A stretch of 64,000 nt of DNA from Obrimoposthia wandeli. Taxonomy: Eukaryota. The position numbers were made by a program, and so were the translations under genes. This document shows, piece by piece, positions 1 to 10,327 of this stretch. The DNA is taken from positions 4,340,001-4,404,000 of the forward strand of contig CDROCS010000253.1 of the NCBI GenBank assembly GCA_977020255.1, read 5' to 3'. Under the pieces are notes generated by a model. It was given only the letters and a program-made list of their open reading frames with translations. It had not been told where the DNA came from and searched no databases. Numbering within the stretch: the first letter of the stretch is position 1; each line of letters starts with the position of its first letter.

Positions 1-404
1 ATTATCTAATAGCACCATTCATGTAGCGTCATTATAAGTCGCAGCAACGATGAAGTGATGTTGCTCAAGTGCTTCTTTAATGGGTAACGGGTATATTTGA
101 GTTGGAGTGGAGTCTACAATGCAATAGCTAATTTTTCATCAAGAGTAATACGGATACTTGACCCACATTGCTAAAGTTAATGCGTCACTTTCTTTTAGTT
201 ATCGTTTGTAACGTAGGCTGTACATAAAAGAAAGACTACCTCGCAAGTTTTACTTTTTTAAATACACTACACTATAGATAAAACCAATAAATTCAATAAC
301 TAATAAATAAATTACCTTTAGCTGACTTTCAATTATTAATTAAATGCGTTATTGTACGTCCGCTCAATTATAAATATTTTACAATACAGAAATAGGAAAG
401 AAGT

Positions 405-683
405 ATGTCTCAAGCAAGCGCACGCCACCTTTTAGTGGATACAGAAGAAAAATGTTTAGCTTTAAAAGCAGAAATTGAAGCAGGTAAAGACTTTGCTGAA
501 GTGGCTAAGGAGCACTCTAACTGCCCATCAAAAGCCCAAGGTGGTGATTTAGGTAGCTTTGGTCCTGGTCAAATGGTTCCTGAATTTGATAAAGTTGTTT
601 TTTCAGCGCCTTTAAATACAGTACAAGGCCCTGTACAAACTCAGTTTGGTTATCACTTATTAGAAGTTACTGCACGTAACTAA
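405..683 (+). CDS. ppiC: Parvulin-type peptidyl-prolyl cis-trans isomerase C
   Basis: 92 aa with ASARHLLV, FAEVAKEHSNCPS, GGDLGSF, MVPEFD and TQFGYH, all parvulin motifs. Confidence 0.95.
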   Translation: MSQASARHLLVDTEEKCLALKAEIEAGKDFAEVAKEHSNCPSKAQGGDLGSFGPGQMVPEFDKVVFSAPLNTVQGPVQTQFGYHLLEVTARN

Positions 684-747
684 ATTAAGTTAGATAAAAA
701 GCTATTTAATCGAAGTACTCTAGAAGTTGTGATTAAATAAAGAAAAT

Positions 748-777
748 AAAAAAGCCGCAACACGTTGCGGCTTTTTT
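748..777. terminator. Bidirectional intrinsic terminator
   Basis: AAAAAAGCCGCAAC-AC-GTTGCGGCTTTTTT perfect inverted repeat between the convergent ppiC and pit genes. Confidence 0.9.
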
Positions 778-802
778 GACTCTGCTTTTTACAAAGTATC
801 GA

Positions 803-2098
803 CTAACTAAACGATGCTTGCATAAGCCAGAAGAAAATAATTGATAAACCAGCACCTACCGGTAAGGTAATAACCCAAGAAACAACGATGTTACGTACAA
901 CACCTAAGTTTATTGCAGCAATACCACGTGCCATACCTACACCTAACACAGCACCAACGAGGGTTTGTGTTGTTGAGATAGGTAAACCGGCACCAGAAGC
1001 AATAACAACAGTACTGGCTGCAGCTAATTCAGCAGCAAAACCACGACTTGGCGTTAAATGGGTAATACCTTGGCCGATAGTTGCAATAACTTTATGACCA
1101 AATAAGGCTAGACCGGCAACAATACCAAAGCCACCTAATGGTAATATCCACCAAGCTATGGCTGATTTAGCAGCAATCTGACCATCATGTTCAACAATAC
1201 TTACCACGGCAGCAAGTGGCCCAATGGCATTAGCAACATCATTTGAGCCATGGGCAAACGCCATTGCACAAGCGGTAACAATCATAAGTACAGCAAATAC
1301 TTTTTCTACGTTAACGTAATGTGCTTCTTTGGCAAGATTCTCATCAAATTTTAAACGACTAATAAAGAACTTACCAATAACCGCAACGATAACAGCGACA
1401 ATAGTGGCTAAGTAAAAACCACCTGCGCCTTTAATTTCAAAATTAACAAAGCCTAAATCAATATTTTCTAAGCCAATATGCTTTAGGCCTTTTTTGATAG
1501 TAACTAATGATAATACAAAACCCGCAAGGAACATATAAGCAGGAACCCAGCGTTTAGCTTGCTGTAGAGGTTTATCAGTATCAAAAATAAGCTTTTGCGC
1601 ACTGTTAAAAATAATAAAGGCGATAACACCTGAGATTAGCGGTGTAATAATCCAGCTACCAACAATACCAACTACCTTGCCCCACTCAACAGCATCAGTA
1701 CTAACACCAACAGCAGCAAAACCAACGATAGCACCAACAATTGAATGGGTAGTCGATACCGGCCAACCTAAAGCTGAAGCGATTAATAACCAAGTAGCGG
1801 CAGCAAAAAGTGCTGAGATCATGCCGTAAACAAGTAGTTCAGGGCTGTCGATAAAGTAACTGGCATCAATAATGCCTTTACGTATAGTTGAAGTTACTTC
1901 GCCACCAGCAAGGTAAGCGCCTGCAAATTCAAAAACCATTGCAATAATAATGGCTTGTTTAATTGTTAATGCTTTAGAGCCAACAGAGGTTCCCATCGCA
2001 TTCGCCACATCATTAGCACCAATACCCCATGCCATGAAGAAGCCAACTACGGCAGCAAGGATTACAAAAGTGCCGCCTGAGTTAAGTATAATTTCCAT
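803..2098 (-). CDS. pitA: PiT-family inorganic phosphate transporter
   Basis: Duplicated PHO4 signatures GANDVANAMGT and HGSNDVANAIGP; PVSTTH and PISTTQ; many TM segments. Confidence 0.92.
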   Translation of the reverse strand: MEIILNSGGTFVILAAVVGFFMAWGIGANDVANAMGTSVGSKALTIKQAIIIAMVFEFAGAYLAGGEVTSTIRKGIIDASYFIDSPELLVYGMISALFAAATWLLIASALGWPVSTTHSIVGAIVGFAAVGVSTDAVEWGKVVGIVGSWIITPLISGVIAFIIFNSAQKLIFDTDKPLQQAKRWVPAYMFLAGFVLSLVTIKKGLKHIGLENIDLGFVNFEIKGAGGFYLATIVAVIVAVIGKFFISRLKFDENLAKEAHYVNVEKVFAVLMIVTACAMAFAHGSNDVANAIGPLAAVVSIVEHDGQIAAKSAIAWWILPLGGFGIVAGLALFGHKVIATIGQGITHLTPSRGFAAELAAASTVVIASGAGLPISTTQTLVGAVLGVGMARGIAAINLGVVRNIVVSWVITLPVGAGLSIIFFWLMQASFS

Positions 2099-2108
2099 CA
2101 GATAAGCC

Positions 2109-2789
2109 TTATTTTCTAGCGAGAAGAATTTCTAAACGTGCACCAACACATTCAGCAAGATCGGCTAAATCGCCAACCCAATCAATTATTTGATATAAGA
2201 ACATTACATCAACTGGATTCAAATCCTTTTCAATCGCTAATAAGTTTTTACGTAAAATAACTTGCAAGTCATCGGTATCATCTTCGATAGCATCTAACTG
2301 GCTGATCATTTTCTCAACCAATACCACTTCACGTCCGCGGAAGCCAGTTTCTAATAAATCATCTAATTCATTAATCGCTTCAGCTGCTTTTTCCGTAGCA
2401 TCAAGACAACGCGCTAAATAAACAGAAAACTCAGCTTGCAAGTTCACCGGTATTTCAAGCTTACGCCCTAATACACGACCAGCGATATCCTTTGCTTTGT
2501 TAGCTATTTTGTCTTGTTGGGAAACGAGCTCAAGTAAGTCAGCTCTATCAACTGGCATAAATAAGCCGCCTGGAAGCTCTAGACGTAGTTGACGTTTTAA
2601 GGCGTCAGCATCTTGTTCTAGTTTTGAGAGTTTACGACGAACTTTTGCCGCTTCACTCCAGTCTTGTGCAGTACATGCTTCAAAAAATGGAATTAATTGT
2701 TTACTACACTTAACAACTATTTGAATATGTTTCACTAACGGTTTTATCGGTGATTTTGCAAATACACCTAAGATTGAATTTTTAGCCAT
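2109..2789 (-). CDS. DUF47 / TIGR00153 PhoU-like phosphate transport regulator
   Basis: FAKSPIKPL..H, LEQDADALKRQLRLELPGGLFMPVDRADLL, DLADLAE; directly upstream of pit. Start set at MAKNS (2789), not the 2849 ORF start. Confidence 0.9.
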   Translation of the reverse strand: MAKNSILGVFAKSPIKPLVKHIQIVVKCSKQLIPFFEACTAQDWSEAAKVRRKLSKLEQDADALKRQLRLELPGGLFMPVDRADLLELVSQQDKIANKAKDIAGRVLGRKLEIPVNLQAEFSVYLARCLDATEKAAEAINELDDLLETGFRGREVVLVEKMISQLDAIEDDTDDLQVILRKNLLAIEKDLNPVDVMFLYQIIDWVGDLADLAECVGARLEILLARK

Positions 2790-3006
2790 AATTGTGTTTC
2801 CAGTCAGTCTAACTCTCGTCATTGCTATTCGCCGCGGATAGTACCCCATTTAACTTATAATGTTAAATGCTAATATCAGCTTAAATGCATGCCTTTATTA
2901 ACTAACCTCAATAGAGTAAATTATTTTTAGCTAAGTACTGGTGTGTCACTTAGTTAATTGGTTGAATTTGTTGTGATTATTTCAATACAACTTAGTTGTA
3001 AGTGAG

Positions 3007-3708
3007 TTATAAATTTTTCATATCTTCTGCTGTGGTATGACGTACAACCTTACCTTTGACAAAATAAATGATGTATTCACATATGTTTTGACAGCGGTCA
3101 CCAATACGTTCAAGTGCGCGTGCTGACCAAATAACCGTCATTACTTGTGGAATTGAACGTGGATCTTCCATCATATAAGTCATTAATTGACGCATTAGCG
3201 CTTCATATTCACGGTTAATTTTGTCATCCGTTTGATGAATTTTAATCGCTGTTTCACAATCCATACGGGTAAATGCATCAAGACTAGCCTGTAAGAACTC
3301 TAATACTCGTCGACCTAGGTTATCTAGATTAACCAGTAAATCTTGCTGCGATGAAGAAAAACTCTCTAGCGCAACTTTGGCTATTTTTTCGGCTTCATCA
3401 CCTATTCTTTCTAAGTCAGCTATGGTTTTCACAACGGCCATAATTAAACGTAAGTCGCCAGCCGCCGGTTGGCGTTTGGCAATAATACGCGTACATTCAT
3501 CATCAATGCTGACTTCATAAGCATTAACTTGATAGTCGTTAGTTAATACTTGTTTGGCCAAGGCAACATCTGCTTGTTCAACAGCAGCGAGTGCATCGGT
3601 TAGTTGTTTTTCAACTAAACCGCCCATATGCATGACATTATTAATGACGCGTTCTAAATCTTCATTGAACTGGCCAGAAATATGACGGCCAATTTGTAAG
3701 TTATCCAT
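3007..3708 (-). CDS. phoU: Phosphate signalling complex protein PhoU
   Basis: HISGQFNEDLE, IAKRQPAAGDLR, DLERIGD, ARALERIGDRCQNICEYIIYFVKG. Confidence 0.97.
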   Translation of the reverse strand: MDNLQIGRHISGQFNEDLERVINNVMHMGGLVEKQLTDALAAVEQADVALAKQVLTNDYQVNAYEVSIDDECTRIIAKRQPAAGDLRLIMAVVKTIADLERIGDEAEKIAKVALESFSSSQQDLLVNLDNLGRRVLEFLQASLDAFTRMDCETAIKIHQTDDKINREYEALMRQLMTYMMEDPRSIPQVMTVIWSARALERIGDRCQNICEYIIYFVKGKVVRHTTAEDMKNL

Positions 3709-3768
3709 GGGATGTCCTTTTAAAGGTATGTGCTTTCATCTTTTCTTAATTAACTAATAGCTATTTAG

Positions 3769-3810
3769 TAATTACTAACTACTAATTACTAATTACTAAT
3801 TACTAATTAC
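3769..3810. repeat. Tandem 7-bp repeat (TAATTAC)x6, one copy TAACTAC
   Basis: Read directly from the sequence; begins 2 nt after the pstB stop codon, in the pstB-phoU spacer. Confidence 0.9.
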
Positions 3811-3812
3811 GG

Positions 3813-4652
3813 CTAACCATAACGGCCGGTAATATAATCTTCAGTTTTCTTTTTCAGTGGTGTAGTAAATAAAGTATTGGTATCACTGTACTCTATTAAA
3901 TCACCCATATACATAAATGCTGTTTGATCGGATACCCGTGCTGCTTGTTGCATATTATGAGTAACAATTACCACAGTAAATTGTTTTTTAAGATCATTGA
4001 TTAACTCTTCAATAGTCAAGGTTGAAATAGGATCAAGTGCTGAAGTAGGCTCATCAAGTAGCAATACCTCAGGTTGGATAGCAATAGCACGGGCAATCAC
4101 TAAACGTTGTTGCTGTCCACCAGAGAGACCTAAAGCACTTTCGTGCAACCTGTCTTTTACTTCATTCCAAAGCGCAGCACTGCGTAATGATTGCTCAGCA
4201 GCTTCATCAAGTTTTCTGCGGTTATTCTCACCCATAATACGTAGACCATAAACCACATTCTCATAGATGGTTTTAGGGAAAGGGTTAGGTCGTTGAAACA
4301 CCATACCGACTTTTCGCCTTAGCTCGGCAACATCAACGTGTTTATCATAGATGTTATTGCCATGAAGGTTTATCTCGCCACTTATATGACAATCATCAAC
4401 TAAATCGTTCATACGATTAATAGAGCGTAATAACGTAGATTTACCACAACCACTTGGACCAATGAACGCTGTTACCTGCCCTTTGGGAATAGACATAGTA
4501 ATATTATTTAGCGCTTGTTTTTTACCATAGAATAAATTTAATTTATTAATATCTAAGGCAACTTGATCTGGTGTTAAATTAGTTAAGTCTAACTTTTTTG
4601 CAAAGGATGTATCTGAGCCAGGCGTTAACGCTTTTGGGCTAATAGAAATCAT
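3813..4652 (-). CDS. pstB: Phosphate ABC transporter ATP-binding protein
   Basis: Walker [49 protein letters not shown]. Confidence 0.97.
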   Translation of the reverse strand: MISISPKALTPGSDTSFAKKLDLTNLTPDQVALDINKLNLFYGKKQALNNITMSIPKGQVTAFIGPSGCGKSTLLRSINRMNDLVDDCHISGEINLHGNNIYDKHVDVAELRRKVGMVFQRPNPFPKTIYENVVYGLRIMGENNRRKLDEAAEQSLRSAALWNEVKDRLHESALGLSGGQQQRLVIARAIAIQPEVLLLDEPTSALDPISTLTIEELINDLKKQFTVVIVTHNMQQAARVSDQTAFMYMGDLIEYSDTNTLFTTPLKKKTEDYITGRYG

Positions 4653-4734
4653 AATAGGTGTTTCTCTAATTACTTTTCATTAATCATTAAGTATGAATTT
4701 AAAATTATTAATTGATAGTTACTAATTTATAACT

Positions 4735-4763
4735 GCAATGAGTAACTATTCGTTACTCATTGC
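4735..4763. other. Intra-operon perfect 12-bp stem-loop between pstA and pstB
   Basis: GCAATGAGTAAC-TATTC-GTTACTCATTGC; no U-tract on the coding strand. Confidence 0.6.
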
Positions 4764-4782
4764 TAAATGTTGAGAGAGCAAA

Positions 4783-6453
4783 CTAGTGCTCTAACATCTT
4801 ATATCTTTCACGTAATTTATTACGAATTGAAACAGCGGTCATATTTAAAGCAACGATGATAGTCACTAATAGTAAGGCTGTTGCAAAAACCAATGGACGT
4901 GCAGCTTCAACATTAGGACTTTGGAAACCAACATCATATATATGAAAGCCTAAATGCATGAACTTTCTATCTAAGTGTAAGAATGGGAAGTTACCATCCA
5001 AAGGTAGGTTAGGTGCCATTTTAACTACACCAACCAACATTAATGGCGCAACCTCACCAGCTGCTCTAGCAATAGCTAAGATTATACCTGTCATAATTGC
5101 AGGGCTCGCGATAGGTAAAATGATACGCCACAAGGTCTCAGCTTTGGTTGCACCTAATGCTAATGAACCATGACGCATCGCCGATGGAATGCGTGATAAA
5201 CCTTCCTCTGTTGAAACAATAACTACCGGTAAGGTTAATATGGCTAACGTTAACGCTGACCATAAAACACCAGGCGTACCAAAAGTAGGGCTTGGTAAAT
5301 TTTCTGAATAAAATAATTGGTCAAGTGAGCCACCCACCATATAAACAAAGAACCCTAAACCAAATACCCCGTAAACAATAGAGGGAACGCCGGCTAAGTT
5401 GATAACCGCAATGCGTAGCAGCTTAGTAAATGCATTTTTACCGGCATACTCATGTAGGTAGATAGCCGCGATAACACCAAACGGTGAAACAATGACTGTC
5501 ATTAATAACACCATAAGCACGGTACCAAAAATAGCAGGGAATACACCGCCTTCTGTATTAGCTTCGCGAGGGTCTTCGATGAGAAATGAACCAATATGGC
5601 TAAAGAATAATGCCGTTTTCTCAAAGGTATTAAGTTGATTATTAAATGTGACTTTAAGAATATATTCAAAGTTAATAGTCACAAGTTGACCGTCCATAGC
5701 ACGCATCACAATATGATCACGTGATATCTGCTTTCGATATCCCATCAGCTCTTTTTCTAGTATTTCATAGTCCTGGTTCAGTGCCGCTATTTCACTATCA
5801 ATTTCTACTTGTAACTCAGCGGTTAGCTTATCTTGCAATTGATATTTACGCGTTTTTAAGCGCAAACGTTCTAATTGATAGTTGATAGCACCAATATCTG
5901 ACTTTTGTAAATCATCGATCTGGTCTTGAAAATTATCAACACGCGTTAATAATTCATCCAATTTGTTTTTATCTACTTCAATTCCATCAACGACAACGCT
6001 TTCAATGAAACCGTAAAAGTTACCATGAGTGCGACGTTCAACGACAACTAAATCTTTTGGTGTTTGTGTCTTTTGAATGTTATGACTTAACAACCAACGA
6101 AAATCTAAACTCACCAACTCGCGGTTACCTGTTTTGATTAACAGGCGCTCTAATATTTCTTGTTCTGGATCAAGCGCCAAATTTAAATGTGCTAATTGGC
6201 TTACCGGAATTTGCTCTCTATCGTAGATTTCACCAATAACAACACTCTTAGCGCCATGTTGATCGGTAAGATCAAATTGATATAAGTCACTTGGCCAAAA
6301 ATATGACAAGCCACGTGATGCGATAAGCCATAAAAGGCCTAACACTGAAATTAAACTGATACTTACGCCACCTGCCGATAGCCATATCCACGGTGAACCC
6401 GACCTAAACCATTTATTCATAAAGTAACTCATTATTGGTGAGTGACTTTTCAT
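4783..6453 (-). CDS. pstA: Phosphate ABC transporter permease PstA (long form with periplasmic coiled-coil region)
   Basis: EGGVFPAIFGT, NLAGVPSIVYG, RHGSLALGATK, ARAAGEVAP; true start may be 6432 or 6420. Confidence 0.95.
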   Translation of the reverse strand: MKSHSPIMSYFMNKWFRSGSPWIWLSAGGVSISLISVLGLLWLIASRGLSYFWPSDLYQFDLTDQHGAKSVVIGEIYDREQIPVSQLAHLNLALDPEQEILERLLIKTGNRELVSLDFRWLLSHNIQKTQTPKDLVVVERRTHGNFYGFIESVVVDGIEVDKNKLDELLTRVDNFQDQIDDLQKSDIGAINYQLERLRLKTRKYQLQDKLTAELQVEIDSEIAALNQDYEILEKELMGYRKQISRDHIVMRAMDGQLVTINFEYILKVTFNNQLNTFEKTALFFSHIGSFLIEDPREANTEGGVFPAIFGTVLMVLLMTVIVSPFGVIAAIYLHEYAGKNAFTKLLRIAVINLAGVPSIVYGVFGLGFFVYMVGGSLDQLFYSENLPSPTFGTPGVLWSALTLAILTLPVVIVSTEEGLSRIPSAMRHGSLALGATKAETLWRIILPIASPAIMTGIILAIARAAGEVAPLMLVGVVKMAPNLPLDGNFPFLHLDRKFMHLGFHIYDVGFQSPNVEAARPLVFATALLLVTIIVALNMTAVSIRNKLRERYKMLEH

Positions 6454-6609
6454 CTTGTTGCTGTAAAGTCCAATTTATGCGTCAAATGTACTCATTGATA
6501 GTCATCAACTCCGTACATTTTCCTTAAAATTGAACTCAACAGCTTAAATCTGAATAGCCACTGACCTCTATAAAAATTATTGTTTGTTTTCTAAATTAGA
6601 TACTAACAA

Positions 6610-8943
6610 CTACATTGAACTGTATTTTTCTCGTAATCGTTGACGAACAAACTCTGCTGCTGTGTTGAAAATAAAGGTGAAGATAAAGAGCACAAAGGCG
6701 GCCAAGAATAAGATTCGGTAGTGGGAGCTACCCACTTCAGACTCGGGCATTTCTACAGCAATATTTGCTGCAAGCGTTCTCATGCCCTGGAAGATACTCC
6801 AATCTAAAATTGGTGTATTACCTGTTGCCATCAAGACAATCATAGTTTCACCAACCGCACGACCAAGGCCCATCATCACAGCAGAAAATATGCCGGGACT
6901 GGCAGTTAGCAGTACCACACCGATTAATGTTTGCCATTGTGTTGCCCCTAACGCTAATGAACCGCTGGTTAAATGACCTGGCACACTGAAAATAGCATCT
7001 TCAGCCATAGAAAAGATGGTAGGAATAACAGCAAAGCCCATGGCAATACCAACCACTAACGCGTTACGCTGATCAAAGTTGATACCTAAGTCATTCGTTA
7101 GGTATTGACGCATGTCGCCATTAAACAATGTCAATTCAAGTACACCGGACAAAGAAAAGGCGGCATAAGCAGCCAATATCATTACCGGTATTAACAACAG
7201 TGGTGCTAATGTCTCTGGCAATTTGTCTTTCCAAGTATTGGGAAGGTTATGCCATGCAAAGGCAGTGATTAGTGTCGACAGCGGTAGAAAGATAAAGAGT
7301 AGAAATATTGCTGGTAAATATTCTTCCATTATTGGCGCTAGCCATAAACCAGCTAAGAAACCTAGAATAACGGTAGGTAATGCTTCCATCATTTCAATGG
7401 TAGGTTTAACTTTTTTACGCATGCCTGGTGTCATAAAGTAGGCAGTATATATCGCAGCAGTTAAGGCGATAGGTACGGCGAATAACATCGCATATAAAGC
7501 CGCCTTAATGGTGCCAAAAGAGATAGGAACTAAAGAAAATTTACCTTCAAAATCATCAGAGCCTGATGTTGATTGCCAGATATAGTCTGGCTCTGGATAG
7601 CCTTCATACCAAACTTCCTGCCATAACGCTTGCCAAGTAACTTCTGGATGTTCATTGTGAACAGTAAAAGCTTGTAAGCTTCTCTTGTTAGCATCAAGGG
7701 GATCCTCACCAATAACAATCAAACCATTTGCTCTGGGCGCTATAGCAAACGCTTCTGGTTGGCTTGATGCAATTTTCCCTTGCCATAAATGCGCAGCACT
7801 CGTGGTATAAAAAACATTGACCATGCCACTTTGTGTCATGGTGTAAAAACTTTTTCTAAACTGCTCAGTATAAATAGCCGCTATCGCATTTGATGTTTGG
7901 CTGTTCTTATCATATTTAGCATTATCATTTGTATCAAAACTTCTAATTTGCTTAAACTGGCGACCTGCATCTGTTGCTACTTCAAACCATTGACTAACTC
8001 GACCACTACTATCACCAAGCAAAACAGAACTACTGCCTGAGAGTAGCGCCATAGAAGTGAGGTAAGTATTTTCATTATCTAGTGTCGGTGTAATTGTTGC
8101 TTTAAGGCTGACTTCTTCGTCATCGCTGAGCGAATACACATACACCGTTGAAGCACTTCGAATAAAAGCTAGACTTAAATCAGGTGTGACTTTAATTTCA
8201 TCAATGGTGTCATTAAGCAACTCAATTTGTTGAAAAATGGTTTCATATTCAACTTCATCTCCATCACTAGAAGAACTAAAGTCATCTTCGGCAATAAAGC
8301 TGGTTTTTATTAAACGTTTATCTTGGGTAAAGCCAACAAAAACGATTCTTTCATCATCCATTGCAAAGGCTAATTGAGAAAGCGGTGTTTGCTGTTCATC
8401 AATAATTAATGAACTTTGACCTAGAGGGTAATTTACTTGGGGAATAATTTCACGTGTATCATTCGCGTATTTAGCATAAAAACTCGGCTGAATTAATAAG
8501 GTATGCCCTTTGGCGGTATGCAGTAATTTATTCGCTGAAAAAGAGTTAACAACACTAACTACCTCTTCTTGATTAAAATCGTCATTTGCAAACAAAGATG
8601 TTGAAAGTGAATGATCACCAACAGCAAACTGGTTACTCGCTTCAGAGGCGCTGGCTTTTAAATGATAGAAATCAATATTACCCGCTTCAGTAATTTCATA
8701 AGCCACTTCTTGTAGCTCATCAACACCAGTACTTAACACTTTTTCGTTAGCATTTAAGTCAAGGCTAATACTAACCTTCGGCTCAATTTGAGCAGACTCA
8801 AAAATAGGCTTTACGACATAAAGTAAATACAAAAAAATCAACACAAGGGTAAACAAAACGCTAATACCACCAAGGGTTATTAACCATTTTGCCAATGAGT
8901 TTTTAATCCCACGGCTTCGATTCGAACTAATAAGAGTTGCCAC
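6610..8943 (-). CDS. pstC: Phosphate ABC transporter permease PstC (long form with large periplasmic domain)
   Basis: GTG start; LVPISFGTIKA, EMMEALPTVILG, GLGRAVGETM, RTLAANIAVEMPE. Confidence 0.93.
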   Translation of the reverse strand: MATLISSNRSRGIKNSLAKWLITLGGISVLFTLVLIFLYLLYVVKPIFESAQIEPKVSISLDLNANEKVLSTGVDELQEVAYEITEAGNIDFYHLKASASEASNQFAVGDHSLSTSLFANDDFNQEEVVSVVNSFSANKLLHTAKGHTLLIQPSFYAKYANDTREIIPQVNYPLGQSSLIIDEQQTPLSQLAFAMDDERIVFVGFTQDKRLIKTSFIAEDDFSSSSDGDEVEYETIFQQIELLNDTIDEIKVTPDLSLAFIRSASTVYVYSLSDDEEVSLKATITPTLDNENTYLTSMALLSGSSSVLLGDSSGRVSQWFEVATDAGRQFKQIRSFDTNDNAKYDKNSQTSNAIAAIYTEQFRKSFYTMTQSGMVNVFYTTSAAHLWQGKIASSQPEAFAIAPRANGLIVIGEDPLDANKRSLQAFTVHNEHPEVTWQALWQEVWYEGYPEPDYIWQSTSGSDDFEGKFSLVPISFGTIKAALYAMLFAVPIALTAAIYTAYFMTPGMRKKVKPTIEMMEALPTVILGFLAGLWLAPIMEEYLPAIFLLFIFLPLSTLITAFAWHNLPNTWKDKLPETLAPLLLIPVMILAAYAAFSLSGVLELTLFNGDMRQYLTNDLGINFDQRNALVVGIAMGFAVIPTIFSMAEDAIFSVPGHLTSGSLALGATQWQTLIGVVLLTASPGIFSAVMMGLGRAVGETMIVLMATGNTPILDWSIFQGMRTLAANIAVEMPESEVGSSHYRILFLAAFVLFIFTFIFNTAAEFVRQRLREKYSSM

Positions 8944-9017
8944 TTAATTAACCTTATTATCAATAAGCTAAATACTAGCTCGTTGATATAGAGAATATGA
9001 TGAAAATAACTGAGCGA

Positions 9018-9051
9018 AGTATAAGTCAGTTATATGACAATTTTATTACAA
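9018..9051 (-). promoter_or_regulatory. PhoB-dependent promoter of pstCAB-phoU
   Basis: Minus strand TTGTAAT-AAAA-TTGTCAT (9051-9034), 10-nt spacer, then TATACT (9023-9018); same geometry as E. coli Pho promoters. Confidence 0.85.
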
Positions 9052-9091
9052 GCCTAAAATAGCTAGAAAATTACTAGGGAATAAAGGAAAT

Positions 9092-9125
9092 AAAAAAAAA
9101 GCAGCCCTCGAATGAGTGCTGCTTT
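9092..9125 (-). terminator. Intrinsic terminator after wbpP
   Basis: AAAGCAGC..GCTGCTTT stem followed by a T9 tract on the minus strand. Confidence 0.8.
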
Positions 9126-9189
9126 CTTATATTCGTTACCTATTCTAGTAACTAAGAACGAGGAGTTACTCGTTTAGCGCTTGAACCAT

Positions 9190-10224
9190 TTAATTCAAGA
9201 ATTTAATGTACCAAGGCATCGCTTTGTCTATACCTTGTTGAATTTTAAACTCGGGCTCAAAACCAATTAAAGATTTTGCTTTAGAAATATCAGCTTGTGA
9301 ATGTCTAACATCGCCTGCTCTAAAATCTTGATAGGTTGGCGACTTTTGATAATCAACACCATTTGCTTGTAGTGCTACTTTTAAACTATCAAATAAGGTG
9401 TTTAAGCTTGTTCTATCTCCTAAGGCAACATTATACACTTGGTTCTTACCTGCATCATTAGCGGTTGCAGCTAAAATATTAGCTTGCACTGCATTTTCAA
9501 CAAAACAAAAATCACGGCTCGTTTCACCATCACCATTAATAAGTAATTCTTCATTGGCTATCATGGCTGCTGTCCACTTAGGAATTACCGCGGCATAGGC
9601 GCCATCAGGGTCTTGTCTTTTACCAAAAACATTAAAATAGCGTAAGCCAGTACAATTTAAGCCATAAGTTTTATGAAAAACATCGGCATAAAGCTCATTA
9701 ACATATTTAGTTACCGCATAAGGAGATAACGGTTTACCTATAGTGTCTTCAACTTTAGGTAATGCTGGATGGTCACCATAAGTAGAACTGGAGGCAGCAT
9801 ACACAAAGCTTTTAACTTGAGTTTCTTTGGCTGCAGTTAGCATGGTCAAAAAACCAGTTATATTTGCTGAGTTTGTTAATAAAGGATCAGCGATTGATCT
9901 AGGTACTGAGCCTAACGCCGCTTGGTGAAGGATATAATCAACACCGCTATCATAGTGACTTAATGCGGTTTGACAATCTTCTAATTGACGGATATCACCT
10001 TTAACAAAATGAAAATTCTGCCATTGCTCCAAAGAAACTTGTGTTTCAACTTCATCTAGATTGTGTTGATGGCCGGTAGCAAAGTTATCTAAACCTACAA
10101 CTTTCTGATTTAATAAAAGCAAGGTTTCTAAAAGATTTGAACCGATAAAGCCAGCACAACCTGTGATAAGCCAAGTTTTAGGTGAATTGATTAGCGCTTG
10201 TTTAATTTTTTGAAACTGAGTCAT
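9190..10224 (-). CDS. wbpP: UDP-GlcNAc/GlcNAcA C4-epimerase (WbpP/TviC family)
   Basis: [46 protein letters not shown] (YxxxK), RYFNVFG. Confidence 0.9.
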   Translation of the reverse strand: MTQFQKIKQALINSPKTWLITGCAGFIGSNLLETLLLLNQKVVGLDNFATGHQHNLDEVETQVSLEQWQNFHFVKGDIRQLEDCQTALSHYDSGVDYILHQAALGSVPRSIADPLLTNSANITGFLTMLTAAKETQVKSFVYAASSSTYGDHPALPKVEDTIGKPLSPYAVTKYVNELYADVFHKTYGLNCTGLRYFNVFGKRQDPDGAYAAVIPKWTAAMIANEELLINGDGETSRDFCFVENAVQANILAATANDAGKNQVYNVALGDRTSLNTLFDSLKVALQANGVDYQKSPTYQDFRAGDVRHSQADISKAKSLIGFEPEFKIQQGIDKAMPWYIKFLN

Positions 10225-10327
10225 TTTATTAAGTAGTCCTTATTTTAAAAGACACCCTTAGCTGGAGAATCAGGTAAGGGTGACTTATGTATTATAATTT
10301 ATATGATGTGGGCATCGCTAAAATAGA

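Noticed and set aside
1-200. Coding remnant at the window start
   Set aside because: The three minus-strand frames (the strand that looked protein-like) and the plus frames at the window start are closed by stops; no family recognised
3769-3810. CRISPR array or PHO-box array interpretation of the tandem repeat
   Set aside because: No spacers and no cas genes; the 7-bp period does not match the 11-bp PhoB period
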